Origin: Deferribacterales bacterium | GTDB lineage: Bacteria; Chrysiogenota; Deferribacteres; Deferribacterales; Geovibrionaceae | Reading direction: 5' to 3' | Assembly (NCBI GenBank): GCA_050251945.1 | Contig: JBFWLW010000001.1 | Location: 320,001-384,000, forward strand | DNA length: 64,000 nt | Shown here: one piece after another, positions 21,555 to 31,776 of the stretch | Layout: every line of letters begins with the position of its first letter | Numbering within the stretch: the stretch's first letter is position 1 | The notes under the pieces: generated by a model | The model's database searches: none | What the model was told of the DNA's origin: nothing | The model's input: only the letters and a program-made list of their open reading frames with translations | Made by a program: the position numbers and the translations under genes

Positions 21555-22253
21555 TCAGAGTTTGAATTTTATCTTAGCGATAGCTGTGATGGCAAGAGAA
21601 GCCTCTTCAATGTCGAGTTTGGAGAGGTTCAGGGTGCCGTGGTACATCCACTGATCATTTATATCCTGATTGAAGTGGTGTTTAAAATATTTCTCTTTGC
21701 GCTTGTCAACTTCGGCGATACGGTCTTTCGCATCTTTTTTAGAAATGTTCTCACGGGCGCTAACCCAGCGTATTCTGTCATCTTCAAAAGCTATCAGTCT
21801 GAAATGAAGAGTGTCCGGCACATCGGCAAGGATACTCACCCCGCCCCTGCCCATAATTACGGAGTTTGTAGTGTCCGCCGCTTTAACTATTATCTTCTTT
21901 ATCATTGCTTGAAAGGAATCACTGTCGAATGCGGTTGTATCAGGATTATATTTTTCAAAGAAGGTCTCCGCCTCCTGCATAGCTATCTCTTTAGCAGTCT
22001 TTTCGGAATAATCCGTTTTACCCAGCATGTCGGCAAACATGCCCAGATCGAAATATTTGGACATAAAGGAACGCATGGAGGAGAATTCTTCCTCGTCAAA
22101 CTGTTTGAGTTTTTCTTCATCCGTACTCATCAGCACGGAAGCAATGCGTATCAGTTCCTTATGGAGAAATTTAAACCCGAGTTTTTCTGCGATGCGCTCC
22201 GCAACGTATTCGCCGCCGCAGCCGTACTGTCTTGAAATGGTTATGACCGCCAT
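21555..22253 (-). CDS. Cytidylate kinase-like family protein
   Basis: VITISRQYGCGG, VIMGRGG and DKRKEKYF. Confidence 0.8.
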   Translation of the reverse strand: MAVITISRQYGCGGEYVAERIAEKLGFKFLHKELIRIASVLMSTDEEKLKQFDEEEFSSMRSFMSKYFDLGMFADMLGKTDYSEKTAKEIAMQEAETFFEKYNPDTTAFDSDSFQAMIKKIIVKAADTTNSVIMGRGGVSILADVPDTLHFRLIAFEDDRIRWVSARENISKKDAKDRIAEVDKRKEKYFKHHFNQDINDQWMYHGTLNLSKLDIEEASLAITAIAKIKFKL

Positions 22254-22747
22254 ATGCACACCCCCAGTTTGCTTATACCAAGATCGTCCTTAATATTTTT
22301 TACCATATCATTGACGTTTAAGCAACTTACTGGGTGCCTGTAATTTGGATAAATTTCGGAGAGAGGATATAAAACAAAACTTCTGTTCTGCATCTCTTTA
22401 TGCGGCAAGGACAGACCCGAAAACTCTGCGACTATGTTGTCATAGTCTATAATATCTATATCTATCAGACGGGTATACCATCTCCCGGAATTCTCTCTTC
22501 CCAGAACTTTTTCAAGATTTTTAACGGCAGTCAGCAGATTCTCAGGAGGGAAATCTGTGAGGATAAGTACACATAGATTAAAATATCCATCCTGTCCGTC
22601 GCGAAGAAGAGATGCCGTTTTGTATACGGATGATACGCGCACGACCTCGCAGAAACGGGATATCTCATTAACAGCGCGGGCAAGATTACGGGCTTTCTGC
22701 CCCAGATTACTTCCCAGTCCCAGTACCGCCAAGCTCTTTTTGGGCAT
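22241..22747 (-). CDS. folK: 2-amino-4-hydroxy-6-hydroxymethyldihydropteridine diphosphokinase
   Basis: LGLGSNLG, RLIDIDII and LPHKEMQNRSFVLYPL. Confidence 0.9.
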   Translation of the reverse strand: MPKKSLAVLGLGSNLGQKARNLARAVNEISRFCEVVRVSSVYKTASLLRDGQDGYFNLCVLILTDFPPENLLTAVKNLEKVLGRENSGRWYTRLIDIDIIDYDNIVAEFSGLSLPHKEMQNRSFVLYPLSEIYPNYRHPVSCLNVNDMVKNIKDDLGISKLGVCIWRS

Positions 22748-23426
22748 CTTCCATCCTCGCTCTGATAATGTCAAGCATCTCCCTGTCTTTCACGCCTTCG
22801 GGACTAACAGGGTCAAGAAAGCGTATCCGCACCTTTCTGAAGGGATTGATGATAAACGCACCTTTTTTCATAACTTTGCATGAACCGTCTATTACAAAAG
22901 GAATTATTTGCTGACCTGTACGAACTGCAAGTGTGAACGCACCGCGTTTGAATGGGAGCATAACGCCGTCTTCAGACCTTGTACCTTCAGGAAAAAGCAG
23001 AACGGAATAACCTTCCTGAATTTTCTTTGCGGCATCGAAAAGGCTTTTAAGCGACTCGCGGCTCTCTCCTCTGTCGATGGGGATAAGCCCCATGTGCTTG
23101 ATGGCGTACCCGAAGAACGGGAGCGAGAAAAGCTCTCTCTTCGCCATAAAAAGAAAGTCTTTATCTATTATGGATATCATGGAAAAGATGTCAACGTAGC
23201 TCTGGTGGTTGCCCATGAAAACGTAGTTTTTGTCAGGTTCAATCTTCTCAAGCCCTTCAACTTCGTAACGCACGAGGAAAAGCTTTGAGCTTATTTTTGA
23301 CCAGAGTCTTGCCAGCATAAAGAACGGATTTTTCCCTATAAGAACAAACGGCATGCCGCATATAGTAAGAAATGCCGTCATTAAACCGAATATTATCCAT
23401 ACAAAAAGGCTGTAGATTATTTTCAT
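22707..23426 (-). CDS. plsC: 1-acyl-sn-glycerol-3-phosphate acyltransferase
   Basis: NHQSYVD, FPEGTRS and PFKRGAF. Confidence 0.88.
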   Translation of the reverse strand: MKIIYSLFVWIIFGLMTAFLTICGMPFVLIGKNPFFMLARLWSKISSKLFLVRYEVEGLEKIEPDKNYVFMGNHQSYVDIFSMISIIDKDFLFMAKRELFSLPFFGYAIKHMGLIPIDRGESRESLKSLFDAAKKIQEGYSVLLFPEGTRSEDGVMLPFKRGAFTLAVRTGQQIIPFVIDGSCKVMKKGAFIINPFRKVRIRFLDPVSPEGVKDREMLDIIRARMEDAQKELGGTGTGK

Positions 23427-24790
23427 TTTACCTTACCTGCGATATCTCCCAGAACACCGGAGAACGTCGGGTGGTTAAAGACGAAATCTTCAAGTTTATT
23501 AAGGGATATTTTGGATTGTATCATCATGGAAAATGTTGTGACGAGTTCCGCCGCGCCGCTTCCGATAGCATGACAACCCAGAATCTTTTTAGATGTCTCG
23601 TCGTATATAACCTTTATGAAACCCTTGAAAGTACCGGACATTATGGCATTCTCAAAGTTCTTGAATGAATGTTTTATCACTTTACAGTCGATTCCGAGTT
23701 CCTTTGCCTTGTCCTCACTAAGCCCGACTGCCGCGATTTCAGGGTCGAGATGCAGTATCCTCGGACAGTAATCGGCGGAAATGATCTTGCTTTTTTCAAG
23801 TATGTCGTTTGCAACCATATCCGCGGACATAAACGCCCAATTCACGAACATATTTATTCCCGTGCAGTCGCCGACAACATAAACGTTCCTATTGGTTGTG
23901 CGAAGGCTCTTTGTCAGCTTCGGAAAGCCCCTTTCGCAAAGTTTGATACCGGCATTGTCAACGCCCAGCCTGCCCATGTTCGGCTTCCTTCCGATGGAAA
24001 GAAATACCTCTTCAGATTCAAGTTTGGTGTCGTTGCTCAGAAATACGATTGTCTTATTGCCTACCTTTTCAATGCGCTCAACCGAAACACCTTTGACTAT
24101 CTCAACACCGTTCTTTTTTATCTGATCTTCATAGTCTTTAACGACTTGTCTGTCGATGGTTGCAAGTATCTTGTCAGTCTTTTCAACGATAGTTACCGTC
24201 GACCCTATTCTTCTGAAAAAAGTTGCAAACTCTGTTCCGATGAATCCTCCGCCGACAACGATAACGCTCTTAGGCGCTGTGGTCAGTTCAAAGATATTTG
24301 TTGAATCAATAAGTTTTTTAGTTGAAGGAACATTGGTGACCATGTTGTTTGAGCCGGTTGCTATCACGGCTTTTGAAAAACCGAGCAGGAAAGACTGCTT
24401 CTCCTCTGTCACGCGCAATGTATTGGCATCTTCAAAAACAGCCGTTCCGCGCATAAGCTGGACACCGGACTGTTCCAGTTCATCCTGAAAATCCTTAACA
24501 AGTTTGGCAGTTATGCCGTCGATATATTTTTTGGCTTTTTTGAAATCGAATGAAGCCGCTTTATCATAGTCAACGTTGATAAAATTTGAAGCTTTGTTGA
24601 TGCTTCGTTCGTACAGATAGCTTATATGAAGCAGCAGATTGGAAACAACACTGCCTGTAAAGCAGTAGCTTCCTCCGATGTTCCTGTCTATCAGCAGAAC
24701 CTGTTTTCCGTTGTCCGCCAGTTTTTTGGCACATTCGATGCCGGCGGGACCGGCACCGATGACAACTATATCAAAGTGCTGTTTAACCAT
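23423..24790 (-). CDS. Class-I pyridine nucleotide-disulfide oxidoreductase-like flavoprotein (Lpd-like, lacks the canonical CxxxxC)
   Basis: GAGPAG, IATGS, VGGGFIG, GD and HPT motifs. The active-site segment reads GGSYCFTGSVVSN. Confidence 0.8.
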   Translation of the reverse strand: MVKQHFDIVVIGAGPAGIECAKKLADNGKQVLLIDRNIGGSYCFTGSVVSNLLLHISYLYERSINKASNFINVDYDKAASFDFKKAKKYIDGITAKLVKDFQDELEQSGVQLMRGTAVFEDANTLRVTEEKQSFLLGFSKAVIATGSNNMVTNVPSTKKLIDSTNIFELTTAPKSVIVVGGGFIGTEFATFFRRIGSTVTIVEKTDKILATIDRQVVKDYEDQIKKNGVEIVKGVSVERIEKVGNKTIVFLSNDTKLESEEVFLSIGRKPNMGRLGVDNAGIKLCERGFPKLTKSLRTTNRNVYVVGDCTGINMFVNWAFMSADMVANDILEKSKIISADYCPRILHLDPEIAAVGLSEDKAKELGIDCKVIKHSFKNFENAIMSGTFKGFIKVIYDETSKKILGCHAIGSGAAELVTTFSMMIQSKISLNKLEDFVFNHPTFSGVLGDIAGKVK

Positions 24791-24797
24791 TTTTGCA

Positions 24798-26210
24798 TCA
24801 GTACCTGTAATGCTCCGGTTTATAAGGACCTTCGACAGGTACACCGATGTAGTCCGCCTGATCTTTTGAAAGTGTGGTCAGCTTAGCGCCTATTTTTGAA
24901 AGGTGCAGTCTTGCCACTTCCTCATCCAGTTTTTTGCTCAGCCTGTAAACTTTCGCTTCGTATTTTTCTTTATTAACCCAAAGGTCTATCTGGGCAAGGG
25001 TCTGGTTTGTGAAAGAGTTGCTCATAACAAACGACGGGTGACCTGTGGCACAGCCGAGGTTCACCAGCCTTCCCTCTGCCAGAAGATATATAGAATTACC
25101 TGCGGGGAAAGTGTATTTATCCACCTGCGGCTTGATGTTCAGTTTCTTAATACCTTTGAAAGCTTCAAGTTTCGCAACTTCTATCTCGTTGTCAAAGTGA
25201 CCGATGTTGCAAACGATAGCCTGATCTTTCATTTTTTCCATGTGTTCGATGCGGATGATGTCTTTGTTTCCGGTTGTCGTCACATAAATGTCGCCGATGC
25301 CGAGTGTGTCCTCAACGGTTTTGACGCTGTAACCTGCCATGCAAGCCTGAAGCGCACATATGGGGTCAACTTCGGTAACGGTCACTATTGCTCCCATGGC
25401 TCTGAGAGATTCAGCACAACCTTTACCTACGTCGCCGTATCCGCATACGACGGCAACTTTTCCCGCTATCATAACGTCTGTGGCTCTTTTGATTCCGTCA
25501 ACGAGAGATTCACGGCATCCGTAAAGGTTATCGAATTTTGACTTTGTAACAGAATCATTTACATTGATAGCAGGAACTAACAGTTCACCTTTTTCCATCA
25601 TCTGATAAAGTCTGTGAACTCCAGTTGTGGTCTCTTCGGAAACTCCCTTCCACTCTTTAACAGTGTCATGCCATCTGGTAGGAGTTTCTTTCAGAATTAT
25701 TTTAAGACGTTTATAGAGTTCCGCCTCGTCTTCGCCGTGGGGAGTTCTGTCGAGAATTGAGGGGTCTTTTTCAGCCAGATAACCGACGTGGATCATCATT
25801 GTGGCGTCGCCGCCGTCGTCAACGATGAGCTGGGGACCTTTGCCGCCATCAAAACGAAGCGCCATATCCGTACACCACCAGTATTCTTCAAGGCTTTCGC
25901 CCTTCCAAGCATAAACGGGAGTACCTGTCTGCGCTATGGCAGCCGCAGCATGATCCTGTGTGGAAAATATGTTACAGCTCGCCCATCTCACTTCTGCACC
26001 CAGAGCAGTCAGTGTTTCTATAAGCACAGCAGTCTGGATTGTCATGTGAAGAGAACCTGATATGCGAACTCCTGCCAGAGGCTTAAGAGCGGCATATTTC
26101 TCTCTTGTAGCCATAAGACCGGGCATCTCATGCTCGGCAATATCGATCTCTTTGCGTCCGAAATCCGCAAGTGAAATATCGGCTACTTTGTATTTAAGCG
26201 TGTTGTCCAT
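24798..26210 (-). CDS. ahcY: Adenosylhomocysteinase
   Basis: [42 protein letters not shown] and GYGDVGKG. Start at MDNTLK after a GGAG RBS. Confidence 0.96.
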   Translation of the reverse strand: MDNTLKYKVADISLADFGRKEIDIAEHEMPGLMATREKYAALKPLAGVRISGSLHMTIQTAVLIETLTALGAEVRWASCNIFSTQDHAAAAIAQTGTPVYAWKGESLEEYWWCTDMALRFDGGKGPQLIVDDGGDATMMIHVGYLAEKDPSILDRTPHGEDEAELYKRLKIILKETPTRWHDTVKEWKGVSEETTTGVHRLYQMMEKGELLVPAINVNDSVTKSKFDNLYGCRESLVDGIKRATDVMIAGKVAVVCGYGDVGKGCAESLRAMGAIVTVTEVDPICALQACMAGYSVKTVEDTLGIGDIYVTTTGNKDIIRIEHMEKMKDQAIVCNIGHFDNEIEVAKLEAFKGIKKLNIKPQVDKYTFPAGNSIYLLAEGRLVNLGCATGHPSFVMSNSFTNQTLAQIDLWVNKEKYEAKVYRLSKKLDEEVARLHLSKIGAKLTTLSKDQADYIGVPVEGPYKPEHYRY

Positions 26211-26232
26211 TGTTATCTCCTTTAAACACAGA

Positions 26233-26263
26233 AAGCCCGCAAAAGTTGAACCTCTGCGGGCTT
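26233..26263 (-). terminator. Terminator-like hairpin between metK and ahcY
   Basis: Minus strand AAGCCCGCAGAGG-TTCAA-CTTTTGCGGGCTT followed by TCTGTGTTT. Confidence 0.55.
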
Positions 26264-26277
26264 GAATAATTTGATTA

Positions 26278-27420
26278 TCAGCGTACTGCTGCGAGAAGCG
26301 CGTCCACTTTGTCAGTGTTTTCCCATGAAAATTCGCTGCGTCCGAAGTGACCGTATGCGGCCGTTTTTCTGTATATCGGTTTGCGAAGGTCAAGAGCCGT
26401 CATGATACCTTTGGGCGTGAGGTCAAAAACCTCCATAACAGCTTTTTCTATAAGTTTTTCATCAACTTCGGCGGTACCGAATGTGTTCACCATTATGCTA
26501 ACGGGTTCTGCAACGCCTATCGCGTATGCAACCTGTATTTCACATCTTTTTGCCAGACCTGCGGCAACGATGTTCTTAGCGACCCATCTTGCGGCATATG
26601 CTGCGGAACGGTCAACCTTTGACGGGTCTTTTCCGCTGAAAGCGCCGCCGCCGTGGCGACCCATACCGCCGTATGTATCTACGATTATCTTACGTCCTGT
26701 AAGACCGCAATCGCCCATGGGACCGCCTATTACGAAGCGTCCTGTGGGATTTATGTGATATTTGCATTTATCGTCAAGCATATCGCTGGGGATAACCGGT
26801 TTGATGACTTTTTCTATGATGTCGTGTTTCAGCACGTCCATTTTTATATCTTCAGAATGCTGTGAGCTGACAACCACAGTATCGACACGAATTGGTGTGT
26901 AGCCGTCATATTCTATTGTTACCTGAGATTTGCTGTCGGGACGAAGGTAGCTGAGTTCACCGCTTTTGCGGACTTCTGAAAGTCTCTTGGTTATTTTATG
27001 CGCAAGCATGATAGGCATAGGCATCAGTTCGGGCGTTTCGTCGCAAGCATAGCCGAACATAAGCCCCTGATCGCCTGCACCGCCGGTGTCAACACCCATA
27101 GCGATGTCGGGAGACTGCTTGTTTAACGTGATTATAACACCGCAAGTGTCGGCGTCAAAACCGAATTTCGCTCTTGTATATCCTATCTGTCTGATGGTTT
27201 CTCTGACAGTGGCCTGAATATCCACATACGTGCTGGTGGTAACTTCGCCTGATACCACTGCAAGTCCTGTTGTAACGAGAGTTTCACATGCGACACGGCT
27301 GTAAGGGTCGTCTTTGAGCATCGCATCAAGAATTGCGTCGGAAATCTGATCCGCTATCTTATCCGGGTGTCCCTCGCTGACAGACTCTGATGTGAATAAA
27401 TACTTTTTGTTATCCATCAA
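26278..27420 (-). CDS. metK: S-adenosylmethionine synthetase
   Basis: [19 protein letters not shown] and GGGAFSGKD. Confidence 0.97.
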   Translation of the reverse strand: MMDNKKYLFTSESVSEGHPDKIADQISDAILDAMLKDDPYSRVACETLVTTGLAVVSGEVTTSTYVDIQATVRETIRQIGYTRAKFGFDADTCGVIITLNKQSPDIAMGVDTGGAGDQGLMFGYACDETPELMPMPIMLAHKITKRLSEVRKSGELSYLRPDSKSQVTIEYDGYTPIRVDTVVVSSQHSEDIKMDVLKHDIIEKVIKPVIPSDMLDDKCKYHINPTGRFVIGGPMGDCGLTGRKIIVDTYGGMGRHGGGAFSGKDPSKVDRSAAYAARWVAKNIVAAGLAKRCEIQVAYAIGVAEPVSIMVNTFGTAEVDEKLIEKAVMEVFDLTPKGIMTALDLRKPIYRKTAAYGHFGRSEFSWENTDKVDALLAAVR

Positions 27421-27427
27421 CTATCTC

Positions 27428-27658
27428 CTATAAACCATTATCAATTTTGTATTTTATTATGATTTGCGTCATTTTGTCTTTGCCCTTGAGCTTCAGCATT
27501 TTAAGTTCTTTCATTTTAGCTTCGACTTCCGGAGGAAAAAACTTAAGGCTGTAAAGAGCCTCAAGATCCTGTTCAAAGCGGATGTGGTTTTCAAAAAGCT
27601 TCCTGAACTCCTCATCGACCTGACAAATCTTTTCCACCAGTGTGTTGTCTTTAAGCAT
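27428..27658 (-). CDS. DUF465/YdcH-like small coiled-coil protein
   Basis: FRKLFENH...LKMLKLKGKD pattern. Start overlaps the rimI stop. Confidence 0.65.
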   Translation of the reverse strand: MLKDNTLVEKICQVDEEFRKLFENHIRFEQDLEALYSLKFFPPEVEAKMKELKMLKLKGKDKMTQIIIKYKIDNGL

Positions 27659-28100
27659 GCTCGTCACCCCTGTAATCTGTACGGAGGCATGACATCCTCA
27701 GTGCGTGCCTGCCCTCTCCGTAATAATCTTTAATCTGTCCTTTGGGCTGAAATCCCATTTTTTCATACATAGCAACGGCGGACAGATTAGCCTTTTCCAC
27801 CTCAAGATGTATGATGTCAATTTCTTTGTGTTTTTCAACACAATGCGTAATAAGACGGCTCGCTATGCCTTTTCTGCGGAATTTATCGGCAACGGCAATA
27901 TCAGCAAGTTCCGCCTCATCTAAAATATACCAGAAAACTATATATCCTGCTACTTCACCGTCACATTCGCAGACCATAAAGTCGCTTTTAACTTTGAAAA
28001 GCTCGTTTTCAAACGACTTACGGCTCCACGGGCGAGTAAAGCAACTGTTTTCTATCGCAAGTATGGCGTCCAGATCTTCATGCGATGCATTTCTTATCAA
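27651..28100 (-). CDS. rimI: Ribosomal-protein-alanine N-acetyltransferase
   Basis: PWS, IAVADKFRRKGIA, LEV..N..A..MYEKMGF and YY. Follows tsaB; TTG start inferred. Confidence 0.85.
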   Translation of the reverse strand: MIRNASHEDLDAILAIENSCFTRPWSRKSFENELFKVKSDFMVCECDGEVAGYIVFWYILDEAELADIAVADKFRRKGIASRLITHCVEKHKEIDIIHLEVEKANLSAVAMYEKMGFQPKGQIKDYYGEGRHALRMSCLRTDYRGDEHA

Positions 28101-28665
28101 AATTGATCTCCGCCTCGCTGGGACGCATATACATCGGCGCGTAATCTGAAACAAACATATCAAACCTTTCTGAAAGCAGAGCTTCCGAAAGGTTGGCAGT
28201 CTGTCCGCCGACACTGTTGACAACAAAAAGACCGTCAGTGTTTTCAAACTTGCCGGTCATATATTCTGAAAAAACGTTATTTTCAAAGTCGTAATGTCTG
28301 TAGCCATAGAGCTTCCCGCGAAGCCTGACAGCTGTCGTAATTTTTTTCTCTCTGCTGACAATTGCTGCGGCATCAAGGGAACTTATACCATGAAGCTGTT
28401 TTCCGCACGCCATGCAAAAGCCGAGAAGCGTAGCGACACCGATCCGTATCCCTGTGAAGGAACCGGGTCCTTTAACGATATAATATTTGTCGATATCCTG
28501 CGGTGTCAGACCGGAACCGGACAAAAGATTGTCCAGCGCCCAGAGCATCTTTTCACTCAAAGAATTTTCAAGAGACAGAAAAACCGACGAAAAAGGCACC
28601 CTGTTTTCGTCGCATACCGTAACATAAAGTCCCTTTCCCGATGTATCCGCAAGCATGTACTTCAT
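28078..28665 (-). CDS. tsaB: tRNA threonylcarbamoyladenosine biosynthesis protein TsaB
   Basis: LADTS, GPGSFTGIRIG and C-terminal PMYMRPSEAE. Confidence 0.88.
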   Translation of the reverse strand: MKYMLADTSGKGLYVTVCDENRVPFSSVFLSLENSLSEKMLWALDNLLSGSGLTPQDIDKYYIVKGPGSFTGIRIGVATLLGFCMACGKQLHGISSLDAAAIVSREKKITTAVRLRGKLYGYRHYDFENNVFSEYMTGKFENTDGLFVVNSVGGQTANLSEALLSERFDMFVSDYAPMYMRPSEAEINFDKKCIA

Positions 28666-28728
28666 TTAAGTTATCTTATCAGATATGTGGTATAAGTCAA
28701 TAATCCAAACACAGCAAATATTTCAGAA

Positions 28729-29346
28729 TCACATAAACGGATTGAGTTCTCTTTCATGTCCGATTGTGGATTTGGCGCCGTGTCCGGGATAAACAACCGT
28801 ATGCCCTTCAAGAGTGAAAAGCCTTTCGTTTATGCTGTCAACAAGTGACTGGGTACTGCTGTAAGGAAAATCTGTGCGCCCCACCGATTCAAGAAAAAGC
28901 GTGTCTCCCGTGATCACACTTTTTATCCCGTCGATATAAAAACAACAGCCTCCAGGTGTATGACCGGGAGTATGTATAACATCCAGAACGATTCCGCCGA
29001 GATCAAGCTTCTGTCCGTGTTCCAGATAGCTTGTGACAGCGGGTATTTCCATGTCCCCGAAACCGTACATCTGCATGACTTTTTTACCCTGTGCGAGAAG
29101 AAACTCATCCTCTTTATGCATGTAAAAAGGCAGATCATATTTTTTCATCAGCGGATATATCGCGCCTATGTGGTCAAAATGCCCGTGGGTATTCACCAGT
29201 GCAACAGGCTTAAGCTCCTTAGCCTCAAGATGAGCCTCGATATCCTCTTCGTTACCGCCTGCATCGAATATTACTGCGTTTCCGTTGTTTTCTACTATAT
29301 ATGTATTAACCCCGAGAGGACCTGTTATAACTATCTCAATATCCAT
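28729..29346 (-). CDS. MBL-fold metallo-hydrolase (glyoxalase II-like)
   Basis: THGHFDH, HTPGHTPG, GDTLF and YPGHG. Confidence 0.88.
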   Translation of the reverse strand: MDIEIVITGPLGVNTYIVENNGNAVIFDAGGNEEDIEAHLEAKELKPVALVNTHGHFDHIGAIYPLMKKYDLPFYMHKEDEFLLAQGKKVMQMYGFGDMEIPAVTSYLEHGQKLDLGGIVLDVIHTPGHTPGGCCFYIDGIKSVITGDTLFLESVGRTDFPYSSTQSLVDSINERLFTLEGHTVVYPGHGAKSTIGHERELNPFM

Positions 29347-29355
29347 ATTCGTCTC

Positions 29356-29802
29356 CTACCGTGATTCTAATATTATTGTGACTGGACCGTCGTTTTCAAG
29401 CCCGACTTTCATATCCGCGGCAAAAATTCCAGTTTGAATCCTGTCCGCAGCATATTGTTTGCGACATTCATCAACAAATTTTTCGTAATACTGATTTGCC
29501 GCCACAGGTTCCATGGCGGTTGTGAAATCAGGACGCAGACCTTTTTTGCAGTTTCCTGCCAGCGTAAACTGGCTGACAACTATCACCCCGCCGTCAATAT
29601 CTTTAACAGACCTGCCCATTTTGCCGTTTTCATCCTCAAATATGCGCAGATTCATTGATTTATAGGCAAGTTCCGCACAGCTTTCAGCCCCGTCGCCCTT
29701 CTCAACTCCGAAAAGAATCAGAAGACCCTTATCTATTTCAGCCTGAGTCTGCCCGTCAATACGGACGTAGGCGCTGTTTACCCTTTGAAGCACAGCCTTC
29801 AT
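29356..29802 (-). CDS. dtd: D-aminoacyl-tRNA deacylase
   Basis: MKAVLQRV, LRIFED, SQFTL and NDGPVT. Confidence 0.93.
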   Translation of the reverse strand: MKAVLQRVNSAYVRIDGQTQAEIDKGLLILFGVEKGDGAESCAELAYKSMNLRIFEDENGKMGRSVKDIDGGVIVVSQFTLAGNCKKGLRPDFTTAMEPVAANQYYEKFVDECRKQYAADRIQTGIFAADMKVGLENDGPVTIILESR

Positions 29803-31280
29803 CTTATCACCTTCAACAGATCAAGCTTCATCGCTCTCAGGGCAGAATAGTACACGCCGCAACCAAGAACAATATTTAAAAGAACGTGAAGACCATTTTT
29901 ATCGGCAAAGAAAATAACCGCAGACATAGCGGCAACAGACAGGATAATTTTTGCCAAGAGACTGAAACTATTGGTAATTGAGTAGTTATAATGTCTTAGA
30001 TTAACATAAAGAAACGTACAGTTCACCAGAGCCGCTATGGAAGCCGCGAGTGCTATCCCGCCATGCCCTAACGGTTTCATAAACATAAAACCAAACAGAA
30101 CGTTGAACACAAAACCTATAAAAGCCGCCCTTAATGGAGTTCTTATATCCTTATCCGAATAATATATACGGCTGAAAACACTTATCAGCGAATAGAATAA
30201 CAGCCCCGAAGAATACATCCTGAGAGCGAATGCCGTTGCCCTGACATCCATGGCGCCGAACGACAGCCTGCCGTAAATGAGCGATATTATCGGGTCGGCA
30301 AGAATAATAAGCCCGGCCGACGCAGGTATCATAATAACAAGGATAGCATTTACCGCCTTGTCTATAAGTTTGTTGCGCTGTCCGAAATCGCCATTGGAAT
30401 TTGCAACGCTTATCTCTGTCAGTGTAACAGTGCCGACAGCAACCGCGAACATACCGAGAGGAAACTGAAAAAGCCTGTTCGCATAATACAGATATGATAT
30501 ACTGCCGACAGTAAGAAATGATGCGATTATCCTTCCAACCATAAAGTTAAGCTGGCTTATCCCGACGCCGGCAAGCGATGGGAGGACATAGTGGAAAGTC
30601 TTCAATGCGTCCTTATTGATTCCATGAGAAAAAACAGGTCTGTAACCCTTATAAACAGCCGCACCGAACACAAGTAAAAGCTGAAAAACGCCGCCTGCAA
30701 GCACTCCGTAGCACAACATATTTATATTGCCTGAGTTTGCGTAACCAAGCCACGCGCCTATTATCATGGATATATTGAGAACGGCTGTTGATGCTGCAGG
30801 CAGATAGTAAGTGTCTTTTATATTAAGGTATCCTGAAAAAAGCGCGCATATTGATATCAAAAGCAGATAAGGCATAAGAATCACAAGCATTGATGCGGCA
30901 GAACTCAAAATCCATGGGTCATGTCTGTACCCCGGCATGAAAACTGTAACTGAAAATTCAGGAAATATAAACACCGCAACGAGAAGAACCAAAACGGCAG
31001 CGGATACGAAAATTATAAGACTGGTGAGATAATGGGATGCGGAACGCTCCCCTTCTTTTGTAAGTTTATCGCTCAATATGGGAACAAATACGGAAGACAA
31101 TGCGCCCTCCGCAAAAAAAGCGCGGAAAAGATTGGGTATGGCAAAAGCAACGAAGAAAGCGTCTGTGAGAGCGTTTGCGCCGAAAAAGCCCGCCACAAGC
31201 ACATCCCGAACCATTCCGAATACTCTGCTGGTCAGAATACCCAGTCCGGATTTAAGCACTTTTTTAACAAATCCTGCCAT
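29799..31280 (-). CDS. murJ: Lipid II flippase MurJ
   Basis: SRVFGMVRD, DAFFVAFAIPNLFRAFFAEGA and YYANRLFQFPLG. Confidence 0.93.
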   Translation of the reverse strand: MAGFVKKVLKSGLGILTSRVFGMVRDVLVAGFFGANALTDAFFVAFAIPNLFRAFFAEGALSSVFVPILSDKLTKEGERSASHYLTSLIIFVSAAVLVLLVAVFIFPEFSVTVFMPGYRHDPWILSSAASMLVILMPYLLLISICALFSGYLNIKDTYYLPAASTAVLNISMIIGAWLGYANSGNINMLCYGVLAGGVFQLLLVFGAAVYKGYRPVFSHGINKDALKTFHYVLPSLAGVGISQLNFMVGRIIASFLTVGSISYLYYANRLFQFPLGMFAVAVGTVTLTEISVANSNGDFGQRNKLIDKAVNAILVIMIPASAGLIILADPIISLIYGRLSFGAMDVRATAFALRMYSSGLLFYSLISVFSRIYYSDKDIRTPLRAAFIGFVFNVLFGFMFMKPLGHGGIALAASIAALVNCTFLYVNLRHYNYSITNSFSLLAKIILSVAAMSAVIFFADKNGLHVLLNIVLGCGVYYSALRAMKLDLLKVIR

Positions 31281-31315
31281 GACAATTATTTCCTTAAAAA
31301 AAAATGTAAATTGAC

Positions 31316-31344
31316 TTTACACGTTAAAACACATCGGATATAAT
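31316..31344 (+). promoter_or_regulatory. Putative sigma-70 promoter of the IHF/HU gene
   Basis: TTTACA-N17-TATAAT. Confidence 0.5.
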
Positions 31345-31390
31345 GGGACATTGAAAAATATCATAAATAAACGATATTTGCACGGAGATT

Positions 31391-31681
31391 ATGGTTATGA
31401 CTAAATCAGAACTGATCGAAGTAATTGCTACACTCAACCCCGAACTGACAAAAAAACAGATCGAATTCATCGTTAACGGTGTTTTCCAAAACATCAAAGA
31501 CGCTCTGAAAGCCGGAGACAAAGTAGAGATCAGAGGCTTTGGAAGCTTCAAGATCAGAGAAAAGAACTCCAAACTCGGTCGCAATCCCAAAACCGGAGAC
31601 AAAGTGGAAGTACCTTCCAAAAACGTACCCTACTTCAAGCCCGGTAAAGAGATAAAAGAACTTCTGATCGAAGCTGAATAA
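31391..31681 (+). CDS. ihfB: IHF/HU family DNA-binding protein (IHF beta-like)
   Basis: MTKSELIE, VEIRGFGSF, GRNPKTG and YFKPGKE. Confidence 0.8.
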   Translation: MVMTKSELIEVIATLNPELTKKQIEFIVNGVFQNIKDALKAGDKVEIRGFGSFKIREKNSKLGRNPKTGDKVEVPSKNVPYFKPGKEIKELLIEAE

Positions 31682-31776
31682 AAACTGTTTCTGAAAAACC
31701 TGTAATTTTTCCGTCGGGTCAGATTTTAAATCGCTGATGCGTTGAAAACCGACAGCTTTTGCTGTGTTCGGGTTTT

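Noticed and set aside
26211..26393. N-terminal extensions in the ORF track for ahcY, pyrK, panB, rimI, lptG and the Lpd-like gene
   Set aside because: They overlap upstream genes or leaders. Downstream starts with an RBS or stop/start coupling give normal protein lengths.
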